A stretch of 64,000 nucleotides of DNA from Callorhinchus milii (Eukaryota), in contig NW_024704743.1 in the NCBI RefSeq assembly GCF_018977255.1, forward strand, positions 38,380,001-38,444,000, given 5' to 3'. The notes under the pieces are model-generated. The model did no database searches and had not been told where the DNA came from. It worked only from the letters and a program-made list of their open reading frames with translations. Position numbers and translations under genes: made by a program. The stretch's first letter is position 1, and each line of letters starts with the position of its first letter. Below are positions 1 through 13,259 of the stretch, in pieces.

Positions 1-1507
1 ATTTCCAGAGTGGAATTCCCTTCTTTCTTCAGTTGACACAAATGTGTGACATATTTTTGGTTACCTTGCTGTGCAATACTTTGCTGTTTCCTACATCAGC
101 CCCAATCAAGCTCAAGTGTGGATAGGTTTCACTGTAATGATCTCTTGTCCTGCTTTGTTCTAGTGATGAAGAGGATCTCTACCGCAGTGTGGATGACATT
201 AAGCAAAGTCAGCTCAGTAAGTCTGATACTAAGCAGCTATTTACTTGTAGCGGTCACAGATTAGATCAGCGTTGTACTTTGAGAAATTTGAACACCGCAG
301 ATAGTTTGTCTCTATCCAGAGGAAAGTCTCTCTTCAAAAGAACCTAAGATAGTTCGGATAAAATTGCTGTTTTTTCTAGTTATGGATCTGCCAAGTTGGA
401 TCTTACATTGGCTGTGCATAGAGGAGATCCAGGAGCTTTGTAATGAGAGGTTGTGACATTGGAGCGAGTTGACTTGCCAATGCCCCATACATGTGCGGAC
501 GCTTTGACATCATCACATAGGTACTGGGATGATGTGGAAACCTTTGCGCTCTCTCTCTCTCTCTCTCGCCATCATTACAACGTTGTTTTTGATTTTTGCT
601 ATCCAAGTAACGGTAACAGAATTATGATTCTATCTCTATCTCTCTGCCTCCATCCTTGACTCCAGGACCACTGCTGTCCTGATAGAATGTCTGTCAGACA
701 TCAAGTCCTGGATGAGAGCTACAGTTGGACATCAAAAAGACCCAAGGCCCTCCTAATTGGCTTCCGTCAGCGCCTTCACACCCCAGGCACTGATAGCAAT
801 ACCATCCAAGGATGCACACTCCACTGAGCCAGTTTTGTGCGCGAACATCTTGGTATTTCTTACTAATATCTTGCGCATGAATATCTTACGATACTTACAA
901 TCAGCATCATGTGCAGACGGATAAATAGATTATTACACTGAGTGGTTATTACACCTTTCATCTCCATAAGACCATAAGAAGTAGAACCAGGAGAAGCCTA
1001 TTCGGCCCCTCAAACCTGCCCCGTCATGACTGATCTTCTCACATTTTTAACAAAATGGAATTTTTTTTAAAAGTTGGAATTATATTAGAGGATTGTTGGC
1101 CAGGACACCTGGAAAAACCCCATGTCTTTTTGAATAGTGTTTTGGGATCTTTAACATTCATCTGAACGATCAAATGGGATCTCAGGTTTCACGTCTCATC
1201 TGAAATCCGGCACCTTGGACAATGCAGCATTCCCCCAGACCTGCAATGGAGAGTCAGCCTACACTGTGAGCTCAAACTCCTGGTGTGGGCTTAAACCCAC
1301 ATTAACAGCTTGTAAAGCACAGTGAATTCAGAGTTGAATTGTTTCAAACAAGCTAAGCAAAAGGTTCTGAATAAGAGAGTTACAAGGGAGCAACTTGGAT
1401 CACAAATCCCAAAGGACTGTCTCCATATGAAATGGACTGAAATGTTCTATCTTCCCTTATCTTGTGTTGCTCGGTATTTGTGTCCTGTTCTGGAAGTTGG
1501 TTTACAG

Positions 1508-1574
1508 ATATCATGGTTATCTCAGTTGGCTTACTTTCTGAGCAAAGCTAAAGAAAACGGAAAAACTTATAAAG
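1508..1574 (+). CDS. Paralogue exon (exon-3 equivalent; acceptor uncertain)
   Basis: tttacag|ATATCA...TATAAAG|gtgagc. The phase-1 donor fits the next exon across a 59-nt intron, and OTULINL also has a short intron (91 nt) at this position. Confidence 0.45.
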
Positions 1575-4500
1575 GTGAGCAGTGACGTAGTAACAAAAGA
1601 TAAAATAATGCTTTTCTTTTTGCCTTTTGACAGTGCTCAGCTTTGCTCCAAAATGTGACCTTATTTTACACAATGAAAGTAAAGAAGAGACTGATAAAGT
1701 GGAGGTAAAGTAGCCCTGCTTTCAGTTTATTCAAGAAACCAATCATTTCAAAGGTGTTACTGCATAACATGACACAGCCAGGCTCTTTTGTGATCTCCTG
1801 AGAGCGCATAGAGAAATTTGCAACTTGTTTAGTTTAAGAGGGGCCCTAGTTCCTACACATTCTTGGCACACTAATATTGCAGGTCTTTAACCCCATTTTC
1901 TTCTTCCCATTACATCCTACTTCCACTTAATGCATGTTGCCTTCAGTCAAGAGAGTGGGACTGTGTATTGTCAGGAGGTTAGTTGAAGACTGCAAGAAAG
2001 CATTGCACTTCCTATGTCATCAGAAGTTCAAGTTAATAAATAATAATCCTTACATTTGATATAAAAATGATTTCCCTTTCCCTCTCCCCATGATGAAACA
2101 GGCTCCCAACGCTCATTAAAGTAGAAGATACTAACTGGGCATCCATGAACTCAGAAGTTACAACAACAACTTGTATTTATATAGTGCCCTTCATACGGGA
2201 TAACACCTCAGAGCGTTAATAATGGTGTCGTCTGATGCAGAAGTTTAACACCTTTTAGGGGGAGAAGGGAGGAGAGAAAATTGCAAAAAACAAAAGCACT
2301 GTAGCTCTCCATGTTGACAGTCTTCTGCTCCAGTATTCTGACTCTTGCGCTTCTCTGCACTGAGGTTCTGGATATGTTTCTCTAATAACTGGATACTGTG
2401 GATAATTAACAGATATTGTTCAGAGGTGAAGTTGTAATCTGATACAATAAGTGAAGTCTCAGAAAAGATCCGGCAGCAGAGATTGTATTGAACTGCGGTG
2501 GAGAGGAAGAAAACCTTTAGGATTGACTTTGTGCCAACAATGCTCGATTATACTAATATTGTTTGGCAGCAGGAAGCTAACCAGACAATGCTCACAATAG
2601 CAAGCCACGCTGCTTAAAATCCAGCAGTACCCACAACACACACTCTGGGGTCTTCAAGCTTCAGGTTTCACCAACCTGCGACGAAAACTATCTGGTTGTA
2701 GGTAATCAGGATGTGTCCCTCCAGGGAGAGAATGCATCCCGCAGCATCATCTGTTAACTATTTATAATATCCGGTTATTAGAGAAAAATATCCAGAATCT
2801 CATTGCACAGAAGTCCAGCAGTTATAACACTGGAGCACATTCCGTTCCAGACACAGGGAAATGTCTATGTGTAGGTGGCATCATTTGGTTTGGATACTCT
2901 TCAGTAGGCCGATGGATTTCCACACGTGTCAGACATCTGGCTGAGCAAAATAAATATTAATATTTATAACGTTTCAAGTTCAGTAATGATTTTTTTCTTT
3001 TTTGACATGTGTTTTGAAGGCTGTCAGTACTGAGTGGTCAATATTAAATTCTGAAAACATGAAGAAAGATAATTATTTCCAATTGAGGAAAGTCACATGC
3101 GAAGCACTGATCAGAGGCAAGTCGCTACCATCTTGGATAGTAACTGAGGAGATGTCACAGGTAATTCAAATAACTAATGTTATTTACAGATTCATGGTTG
3201 CACATTTACTTCTCCAATAAAGTCAATTTGTTAATACAGAAATCAGGAGTAACATTTGTGGTGACCCTTATTAGTAGTTCAAATGTGGATTGTTCTCCCA
3301 GTAGAATCCATATTAGCTTTTAAGAAGCAATTGGATAACTAGAATCCTTGCATTTGATCTAGCACATTAACAATACAAAACCCATCAATGTGCTTCACAA
3401 AACGTGCTTCATAGAGCTTTTTTCTGTAATATGTATTAATCTGTAATATATTGTTTTTGTACAGCGTCTTTCACATCGGGAGGATGTCCCAAGGCTCTGG
3501 ACAGTCAGGGATTTGAAAAGGAGAAAATATAATAATAATAATAATAATGCTTGTATATAATATAGTGCTTTTCATGTCTGCTAGACGGCTCAAAGCAGTT
3601 CACAGAATATACTGTAAAGTGAATTGACTGTATATTTGTGGGTGAAACGTGGCAGCCAATTGCGCACAGCAGTGTTCCACAAACAGTCGTGGATTCAGTG
3701 ACCAAATTATTATTTTTTTTTTTAGCGATTATTATTCCCGGAAAAGCGACTAACAACAACAACAACAAGATTCCATTTATAGAGCGCCTTTCACGTCGGG
3801 AGGACGTCCCAAGGCGCTGTACAGTTGGGTCAGGACCCGAGCAGGGGGGAAATGGTCAGGGAGAGGGGAGGGAGCGAGGAGGGGGTAGAGAGTCGAGAGG
3901 GGAGCTGAAGGCACGGGACTAACAACTGGGTTCCTATTTACTGCTGGGTAAACAGAGGCGTGTGGAGTAAGGAGACTTGCGCAACATTTCGCCCTGCCGG
4001 GAATAGAACCCAGGTCTTCTCGCTTGCGAGGCGAGTGCTCTAACCACTGAGCTCCAGGGCTCCATCAAAGGGTATTAAGAAAAGGCTGGAGAATGGGACT
4101 AAATGGGTGACTTAGAGAACCTTCTGTGCTGTCAATTTCTATGTTTCTGAGGCAGGAGAAAGCTATTCACCAGGTGGCAGCACAACTCTCCAGGATGGGT
4201 TTCTTCTTTTTCTGGTCCCAGTGCTCACCCTTGTTTTTGAATCCCATTCAATTGACTGGGAGTTGACCATTTGGCTGTTTAGATCTCTTCAGCAGATCGA
4301 CGCTGGGAAAGGAATATGTTAACAAAAATATTACATCAAGCTTGATGGAGGCTCAAAAGTTTACAAAATAGAAATTGCCTGACTCAGAAAAGGAAGTAAA
4401 AAGGAGTGCGGTGCCACCTGGTGGTGATAGGTTACGTCAGAAATATTCTCAGCCATAGTAGCGATCCTTCTCAACATAGCAGGTTAGGATTTTATAGATC

Positions 4501-7500
4501 CCAACAGCTGTTATGTGATGAATCTTATGTGAAATATAACAAAAACCGTGAAAATATAACATCAATAAAGAAAGTCACAGGGGTCTAAAATGCTGTTTAA
4601 ATTCGGGACTAGAATGTGTCACAATATTTTCATTGCTGACGACCTGCTTCAAACTCTTTATTAGTCAGAATGCTACAATTTTAGGTTTTTCAGTGTATTG
4701 TAATTGCTACAGTTTCTCAAGCAGAATTTCCCTTGTTTTGCTTTGTGCACAACATATAGGGACTATCCTCTTTGGGGGTGAGGTAAGCGCCAGTCCAGTA
4801 GGGGCAGGGAATCCGATTGTAATAATAATAGTCCTTGCATTTGATATAGCACCTTATCACATCTTTGAGAAGTCTCAAAACGCTTCACAGAATATACTGT
4901 AAAGTGAATTGACCGTATATTTTGAAGGCGAAAATCGGCAGCCAATTGTGCCCAGCAATGTCCCACAAACAGTCTTGGATTGAGTGACCAATTTATTATT
5001 ATTAAATTGATATTTAGTTCCTGTTACCCTGCAAGCCCAAACCCTAATTGTTAGGTGGTCCTAATGGGTAGGTCAAGCAGCAGGAAAGCTTGCCAGACAT
5101 TGCTGTCACTGGCAAGCTATGCGGTTTTAGCTGGTTAGACTCCAGCAGTTCCCTAACACACACTCTGGGGCCTCCAAGCCTTGGCTCTTGCCAACCTGCT
5201 CTCTGGAATTAGGTAAACAGGGCACATCTCTCTAGGGAGAGAGAGCACATTCCATGTCAGCCATGGGATTTCCGTGTGTGCTTGGCAAGCATAAAACTCT
5301 CAGTCTGGTTCTTTTTAGCATCATGATAAGTTTCCACATGTGAGTGACACCCAACTGACCAAAACACAAAACAACATATAGAGATCCAATAATGGGCAAT
5401 AGACATATTCTCAGATCAAGAAACATTTGTAATCAAAACCACAACTTTGACTACATTTCTGCAGCTAGTGGATACTCCTTTTGAGATCTGAGTAATGACA
5501 TGTCAGAACAGGTAAATTGTTTACTTCCTTGACATAATCGTGTCTCTGTCAAACTGAACATGGTTCAATTCATGAGTTATCAAGTTTCTTGAGCTGATAT
5601 TAAACAAGAAAGAGCACTTGTTCTGTATGAACTGGAGTTCCCAAATCTTCACGCCAGCATTATTTAAATTGGCTGAGACAGACAGAACTATTCCTAGAAG
5701 TGAAATGTGATGACTTGAACCCCATATTGACCCAGAAGAGTTCCAGACTGAACATGAATTTGCAGTGTTTACACTACAATGAAAGATATTACATCAACTG
5801 TTTGACTGATGTGCTGGCATATTACCTGCCTCTTTTTTGAAAGGAAATGCGGTGCTTGTAAATATCCGCTGGTGTGCTCTTGGCTGTGTGTACATGTACA
5901 CAGCAAAAAGAAGAACACAGATAGTTTCAGTGTTTGTAACCTTTCTCAAATGTCACACAATGTTTCTGTGTTTCCAGTGTCTGTGCAACAACAAAATCAA
6001 CTCATTAAAAAGCCCCACAGTGAATCTAATAACAAAAGTTGGAAAGGTGTTTAATACAAATTAAGATATATGTTCTTGATAATATAATAAATTATAATAA
6101 TTCTTGCATTTGATATAGTGCCTTCCACATCGGGAGTTCATCGTAAAGCGTTTCACAGGATTTACTGTAAATCCTGTAGTGATGTAGTGATTGTGTATTT
6201 TACAGGAAAATATAAATGAGAGCTGCAAATCTATTCAGAGATTTACTTCAGACCTGATGTAGTCTTCATTTCACAGCTTGTATCTTCAGTGAGGACACTG
6301 TGTAGAAATGTATAACTGCTGAGCAGTCAAAGTTGATCACCCAAGAATGACTAAACTTGGTGCTTTGAAGCAAATCATCCGCAACTTCAAGAATAATGGG
6401 AATTTGTAGATGGCACGTAATAAGGCTCTCACCTCATTTCTGTTGCTACTGTATAATCTGGGTTGTACTGTTATAATTTACATCGCGCAGTAAAAATTGC
6501 AGCCAGTGATAATGTTGCTATGATCACTGATAATTAACACTTCATAGGCCATAATTTTCACCCCAAATGCAATATTCTCAATAGGACATCCTTAGCTTCA
6601 GGATGGTGCTCTGAATGGTGTGGAGAAACTCTGTTAAAGTCCAATTTCTAATTATAAAGTTTGGATTCCTCCAATGAATGGCCAAGATTTGACCAACTTC
6701 AGCCAAATTAGGGGTCAGCATAGCTCAGGTGGTAGCACTCTCGCTTCTGAGTCAGAGTCACAATCCCTCCAAAAACCAAAAAAAACAATAATAAATTGGT
6801 CATTTTTAATCTGCAATTGGCTGCCGCGTTCGCCCACAAATATACAGTCAATTCACTTTACAGTGTGTTCTGTGAAGCGCTTTGGGACGTCCTCCCGACG
6901 TGAAAAGCGCTATATCAAATGCATGGATTATTATTATTATTATTAAGGTTGTGAGTTCAAGCCCCATGCTGGGACTTTGAGATCACCATACAGGCTGACA
7001 CTCCAATGCAGTCCTGGGGACATGCTTGGTGGTTCTCTCCTTCAGATGAGATGTTAAACTGAGGTCCCATCTGCTTGTTAAAGATCCCATGACACTACTT
7101 GAAAAAAGAAAGGAGTTTCTCACTGCTGTCCTGGCCTACAATCCCCCAGATAAAATAGATTTTTCACAAATTAGCTGCAATGTTTGCTTATAAATACACA
7201 ATCATTGGACCTTATAGTAAATCCTGTGAAGTACTTTGAGATACCTTGATGATGTGATAAGACTCTGTATCAAGTGTGAGGATTATTAAATCTTTAAAAA
7301 ATTAAATTATTAAATCTTCCTCCGTTCCCACCAGTCTAATGGGCATTTATTCATAATTCTCCATTCTACTGCAATCCAGTATTTCAGTACAGGTCTATCC
7401 ATCAGATCTGTGAGGCAGGAAGATTTACAGGAACATTAACAATTTTGCAGGAATGCAGCACAATTGAGCATGTTTTATTTTACATTCACTCCCACAGATT

Positions 7501-10500
7501 CCCCGAAGGTTGTCCCAAGAGGGCTATGCCTGGATAAATCAGTGGTGTTTTGAACATAAGATCGGTGGAAACCCTGTTCAAAAGCTACAGTCATGTTTGG
7601 AAACATTGGAGAAGAAGGTACGTTTTTGACACTACAAAACCAAATCCAATTGAAGTGAAATGTCTCCTGGCCTCTCACTCGCAGACTGTGGGACCTGAAT
7701 AATACAAGCCAATGATAGAGTTATGTCCCTATCCACTGGAGCTCCCTGCCTCTATCCCTCTCTATCTTTAAATCCCTCCTTAAAACCTACCTCTTCAACA
7801 GTGGCTATGGTCACCTCCTGCTTCCCCTTCTCCCTTGCTTAGCATCCAACCCCACCACTGTGAAGGGCTCTGAGATATTATCCTACGCGAAGGATGCTTT
7901 TCTTTCAATGCAAGTTGTTGTATTTTCTATCTTTTACAGTGGTTAGCAATATGCTGCATACATAGTGAGACTGAACGAGCAGAAGCATGTGGAAATCTGC
8001 TCAAGGATGAAACGACAGAACAAAGAATGTACGAAGCCGTGAAGTTTCTAATGTTGTATAAAGCCATTCACCTTTACAATGACATGGAAAACGGAAGAAA
8101 GGTCCCTGAATTTTGCAAGCATCTGTTTGCCAGGAATACTTCATTTTCCCCGTACCATCTGATGGTCAACCATCTAAATTGGATTGGCTACAGCAGTGGC
8201 TTGGAAGAGGTAAGTGCTGATGTATTCCCAAGCACCAAGTAAGAGTAAAACAGGAATTATTTATATTCATAACTTTAGCAGTTTCATTGCAGAAACATTG
8301 AAATACATTCCAAGACATTGAAATATTCTTGCAACTCATTTTATTGTATGAAACTGTGAAGTTATTATAGATTATAAATCTACATTATAGATATATAGAT
8401 CTGTATCATAGATACAGAAAGATTACTCTTTTTTTAGAAAATAAATGTGCTATGTAACCACTTTGATGGAAAGTGTAGTGATCCTGCACCAAATCCAGGA
8501 TGAAGGCCAACAAGAGTGAACATTTTTCAATTAAGGACAACCAAAATTTATAGGAATAACTGAGAAGCTGAAGTGTGTTTTAGCTATTTGGGCTCATGGG
8601 GACTGTGAAAATGAAGAACTTTAGCTTTTATTGAGCACATTAGGTGCCTCAGAGTTCTAATTCTTAAATTTTAAGCACATTAATTCTATGTCTTGGTATT
8701 GTTATTGTAAAATATGAATCTGTGCACAATTTGTCTTGGTGTTACATGTATTATAAAAACATAGTAATTCCTGCAGTAAATCTACTGGTACGGTGAATTC
8801 GGTGCTACCTTTGAGTAATGGCAATTGGAATACTAGGCAGTATATAGTGACTGTTCCATCAACAGGTTTAGCAACACTGAAAGCTACAGTGATAAATATC
8901 GTAAACTTTCATTGAAGCATTTGAACAGCAAAGTAAATACCAGTAATAATTATTTTGGTTTACTTCAGGAATGTTGGAGCAGTAAAATCACACTAGTGTT
9001 ATTTTCAACACATATTCAATATAATTGATATATTTTTTAATCATTTCAGTTTTATAGGATGAATTCCGCTGAAAATGTCACATCTGACACTGACTGTTTC
9101 TGTTGAACATTGAAGCCCATATAGCGGTGGAGCAGAATTCTCTGTATATTTGGTCATGACATTATTTATATTAAAAAAATTTAAATATAAAAATCTAATT
9201 TCTAATTTTCTCCCCAAAGAGATATGCCGCTCTGCTCCTGATCCCCAGCCTCTTCCTGCTGACGTGTAGTTCTATAGATTCTGGTTTCCCTCTGGTTTCC
9301 TTTACCCTTTAATCATTGTTCATTGTCCATTCAACAACAACAACTTGCATTTATAATAGTGCCGTTCACATGGGCTAGCATCCCGAGTGCTTAACAGTGG
9401 CGGAACATAATATGACGTCAAGCCAGAGGGATAGGGAGGGGGAAGGTGACCATAAGCACAATCAAAGAGGAAGATCCTTAGGCGGGATTTGAAAGTGGGG
9501 ACGGAGGGGACAAGGTGGAAGGAATAGAGGGAGAGCATCCCAGAGTTTCGGTAGGGCTGCCCTGCGTGGGATTTTTTTTTCTCTCTCCTGTAAAGTTTGA
9601 TCTATCAGAACAAGATGAGAATAAAAAAGGAAACAAATGAAATTAAACAGAAAGAAAGGAAGAAAGACATGAGATGATGTACACAGATGAAAGCAACAAT
9701 CCATCACTGGGATTTCCATGTGCAGGGGAACGCATGGAAATCTCTGCCAGGTTTGGATACGCTTAAGCATGGTGATGGGTTTCACCATGTGTCAGATACC
9801 TGGCTGACCAAAACAAAATTGGAAAGAGAAGGGAGTTTCTCCCAGTGTCCTGGACAACAATCCCCCAAATTAAATTGGTCCCTCGCAATGGCTGTTTGTG
9901 GGATATTGCTGTGCGCAACTGGCTAATTGTCACATCTCACCCACAAAATACACAGTCAATTTACAGTAAATCCTGTGAAGCACTTTGAGACATCTTGACA
10001 AAATGATAAGGCATTATATCAAATGCAAGGATTATTATTTATTATTATAAGTAGACAGGGTCTTGGCTTAACGTGTCATTGACAACTCCGTCCTTCAATT
10101 CATGACTGCTTGTGGCACTTCCTGGTGCCTATGGCATGTGCCTTTGCCTATAGTCACTACACTTGACAGTAATTAGCTGTGAAGCACTTTGAAATGTCTG
10201 AAGTGATATTTCTGAATTCCTGATGCATTCAGCCCTGTTACTCTGTTGTGTTCTGCCCTCTGATGGATTTGATGTGCATCTGCACACAATTTTCTGAAAA
10301 TTGTTCATAAACCATAATATGTAAGAACCAACTATAGCATTTCAAGTTGGTCGCTTCCACTAAATGATTAATAGTCGCCTCTATTTTTCACGCATTGCTC
10401 ACCCAACCTGTTAATGTATTTCACATCTGCTGAATAAGATAAGAACTGAGGCTCAGGGAACATTGGCTAAGAATATTCGCCTGTCATTTTATTACAGACT

Positions 10501-10572
10501 GAAATGGAGCTTCTGAGACACACGTTGGAAACTACGATTAGTGGCTACTTTGTGGACTGTCCAGATCATTGA
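1508..10572 (+). CDS. Divergent FAM105/OTULIN-family paralogue, predicted catalytically dead. Exons 1508(?)-1574, 1634-1704, 3020-3160, 7498-7617, 7940-8209, 10498-10572; 5' exons not identified
   Basis: Exons have ag/gt boundaries and, from the exon-4 equivalent onward, the same phases as OTULINL. The 270-nt exon has identical length. Motifs [59 protein letters not shown] and TEMELL align to the OTULIN family. Confidence 0.82.
1634..1704 (+). CDS. Paralogue exon (exon-4 equivalent)
   Basis: Strong pyrimidine tract, gacag|TG...GTGGAG|gtaaag. Encodes [23 protein letters not shown], resembling OTULIN LSVAPEMDI but lacking EWRG. Confidence 0.65.
3020..3160 (+). CDS. Paralogue exon (Cys-box exon, Cys replaced by Phe)
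   Basis: ttgaag|GCT...TCACAG|gtaatt. Encodes [47 protein letters not shown]. Confidence 0.8.
3531..4045 (-). mobile_element. Two adjacent SINEs: 3' half of the (ATT)n family (3531-3740) and a (CAA)n-tailed relative with the same tRNA head (3750-4045)
   Basis: Minus-strand head gagctcagtggttagagcactcgcctcgcaagcgag..gggttctattccc, a different body (ctgtttacccagcagtaaatagg) and an L2-like tail. Confidence 0.8.
6713..7290 (+). mobile_element. Older SINE (Deu-domain-like) with a truncated young SINE nested at about 6762-6945
   Basis: Head tagctcaggtggtagcactctcgcttctgagtcaga is split from ggttgtgagttcaagcccca by the insert. Body aggctgacactccaatgcag..ttcagatgagatgttaaac..aaagatcccatgacactacttgaa. 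Related decayed copies lie near 1070-1300, 12050-12400, 22400-22700, 29480-29870, 55170-55430 and 61460-61880. Confidence 0.75.
7498..7617 (+). CDS. Paralogue exon (exon-6 equivalent)
   Basis: cccacag|ATT...AAGAAG|gtacgt. Encodes [40 protein letters not shown]. Confidence 0.85.
7940..8209 (+). CDS. Paralogue exon (270-nt exon-7 equivalent)
   Basis: ttttacag|TGG...GAAGAG|gtaagt. Encodes [90 protein letters not shown]. Confidence 0.92.
10498..10572 (+). CDS. Paralogue last coding exon (truncated)
   Basis: attacag|ACTGAAATGGAGCTTCTG.... Encodes [24 protein letters not shown], versus LEMFLLGFTLDLKISAF in OTULINL. It stops before the His box. AATAAA is at 10953-10958. Confidence 0.7.
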   Translation, partial: TEMELLRHTLETTISGYFVDCPDH

Positions 10573-13259
10573 CCATCTCGAACATTGGGACATATTATTA
10601 CATCTTTACTGAACAAATATGTGTGTGACTGAAGGGATGCTTAGGCTGTGCAGATTTCACCAGGAAATTAACAAGTGACATTCCACAATTCCAGTTGAGT
10701 TCCTCTACGGTTCCTGTTTTCTAAGCTGTGTTTTGTTTTGATCAAAGTTTGTACACAATTATTTGAAATGTCAACTGTGATTTTTTACCAGACTGGATTG
10801 TCTGCTACAATGTGGAAGTTAATCTGAATCCTTTTGTAACTGCTTGTTATTTTGTTACATTTCTTTACTATTTCTGATCAAACAGGTCAGAATACCACAT
10901 ACCAGTAAATATAAACACACAGTTAATTGCAAATGTATCATCTAATCTGCAAAATAAATGCAATACCAGATCATTGGCAAAATGCAAATGGGTATTTTAG
11001 TTCTGCATATTGTAGAAATACAAATTTGAGAGATACTATCCTAGCAGAGTTCACAACTTCAGAAATTAATTTTCATTTTGCATTCCAAAATCCTTCGAGC
11101 AGAACAAATGATCCCAGTTTAATCCTGTTGTGGTGTCTTCTACTCCATCAGTTTGTTTTGTTTTTCTGCACTTACCAATTGCTCCTTGATTTCCTTGCCT
11201 GAAACCAACCTGAGTGTGGTAAATCAGGATATTTACTGTGTTTGGCTTTGATTCGATCCACTGAACAATGCAGCTAAGTGAAGATGTTTTGAGATAGGCT
11301 TGCAGAGCCTGGGGCAGGAGAAGACATGGATAGTCTGCAGCTTGTGTAGAGAAGCACTGGGGAGTCTGGACAGTCCTGACCCCTGACTGTCCAGTGCCTT
11401 GGGACGTCCTCCCGACGTGAAAGGTGCTCTATAAATGTAATTTTGTTGTTGTTGTTGTTATTGGCGAGCATTGACAGAGTGAAGCCAGGCTAAACTCTGT
11501 TTAGCAAAAGGCAAAATACTGTACTGCAGATGCTGGAAATCTAAAATCTATTCATATTTCTGAATGAGTTTATTTGGTATTAATGGATGTCTGCACTGCC
11601 TTGATGGCCTGGGCCCTTGTTTGAACCTTAGAAAATTCTGAATTCATATCACTGGCTTGTTTTTTTTTCCAAAGAGCTGCTGAATTCAACAACTTAGTGT
11701 TAAAATCCCATATTCTTTAGTTACCAAACACAGCACATACAATTCTATTAAAGGTCTAAATATTCAGTGGAAGGATATTTCTGTATTGGACCTAAATGTA
11801 GATACTGAAAGCAACATATACAAACAAGAAAGCAGAACACACTTTACTGTTAATTGCAAAGAAAGTGAGACGCCCCATGGCTTCTTCAAGTACATATTAC
11901 AAAAGTTTAAAAACATCTTGAAAAGTCATTCATTCTAATTTGTAACTATACTTGCAAACACAGAATATATGAAGCTACTGTGCATTTTGATTAGAAGGTA
12001 TCTGCAGGAGAGTACATTATATTAATAAAAATAATAATCCTGGCATTTGATATAGCGCCTAAAATGTCAAAAAGGACTCCATAAAGTTTTTGTAAAGTGT
12101 AGTGACTGTATATTTGTAAGTAAATGTACATCAATTTTCACACAGCAACATCCCAAACAACTCTGCAGTATTTTTTCTGGAGGATTCTTAGCCAGGACAA
12201 AAAGAAACTCCTTTGTCAGGTAGTGTCATGAGATCTTTAACATCCACCTGAACATGCAGATGTATCATCCAAAAGGTGGCACCTCTGACAATACAGTGCT
12301 TTCCCCAGCACTGGAATGTCAGCCTGGACTATGGGCTGAAAGTCCAACATGGGGCTTGTTCCCACAAGCTTCTGATCCAGTGGAAAAAGCGCTATTTCTT
12401 GAACTTGACTAGATTATTGACCTGGTTGGAGCAAATACAAATTCAGGCAATTATTTCTGGGAGAGTCCTATCTACATTGATCAGCAGTCAGAATGGAAAT
12501 GGTCATTGTCTGAATTTGAATGAGTGCACTGCAGATGTCTTATTTCCCCTGTTGTCCTAGTTCATACATTTTCTTCCTGTCATGGTTATATTTGTCCTGC
12601 AGATTTGCATGTTTGAAATATTAGAACAAATTCAGAGCAATCAGAACAATATATTTTTAAAAATGGACTATCACAAAAGCTCTGGCCTCTTCCTAAGTGT
12701 TTATCAAAAGCTGCAAAGTAGGACAATTAGTCTTCAACTGGTGTGAACATCTTTTTAAATATCAGTAGTTCTATTTTGTGGTTCAAGCAGGAACTTAAAG
12801 AATTGTGCATGTTGAGAATTTAACACTAGCAGATGCACTCAGTCAAGGTAACCTTTACCACATCCTGAGCAACTGAATTCAGTTTGAGTCGCCCTGGCAT
12901 GGGTAAGTGTAATTTGAAGATTTATAAAAGTGATAATAGGTCTTTGGATTTACACCCAAAACATAACAACTTGTTGTAGGAGCCTGCTACAATCTTTCTT
13001 CCTCTTGGATATTGGGCATGGAGGAGGTTCAAATTTCACAGTTTAGCAAAGTTATTTATCTTACAGGCATGCATTTATAATGGAGAAATCCCAAATACCC
13101 AACTGTATGCCATTAGCTTCACTGTCTTTGAACATGTTCTCACTGGACTACAAAGGATTAGCTCAACTCAATGAAATCTCAATGAGAGCCTCTTTCTGAT
13201 GTTACTTACTCTTTGCTTAAAGAACTCTCCACCAGTGCAGTACACTCCCTGCACTACAT

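Noticed and set aside
380..520. Possible exon-2 equivalent of the upstream paralogue (MDLPSWILHWLCIEEIQ resembles MVSWIIRYAWKKLQ)
   Set aside because: The similarity is weak, there are stops in all three frames before a good donor, and the phase does not clearly fit the exon at 1508. Not supportable without transcripts.
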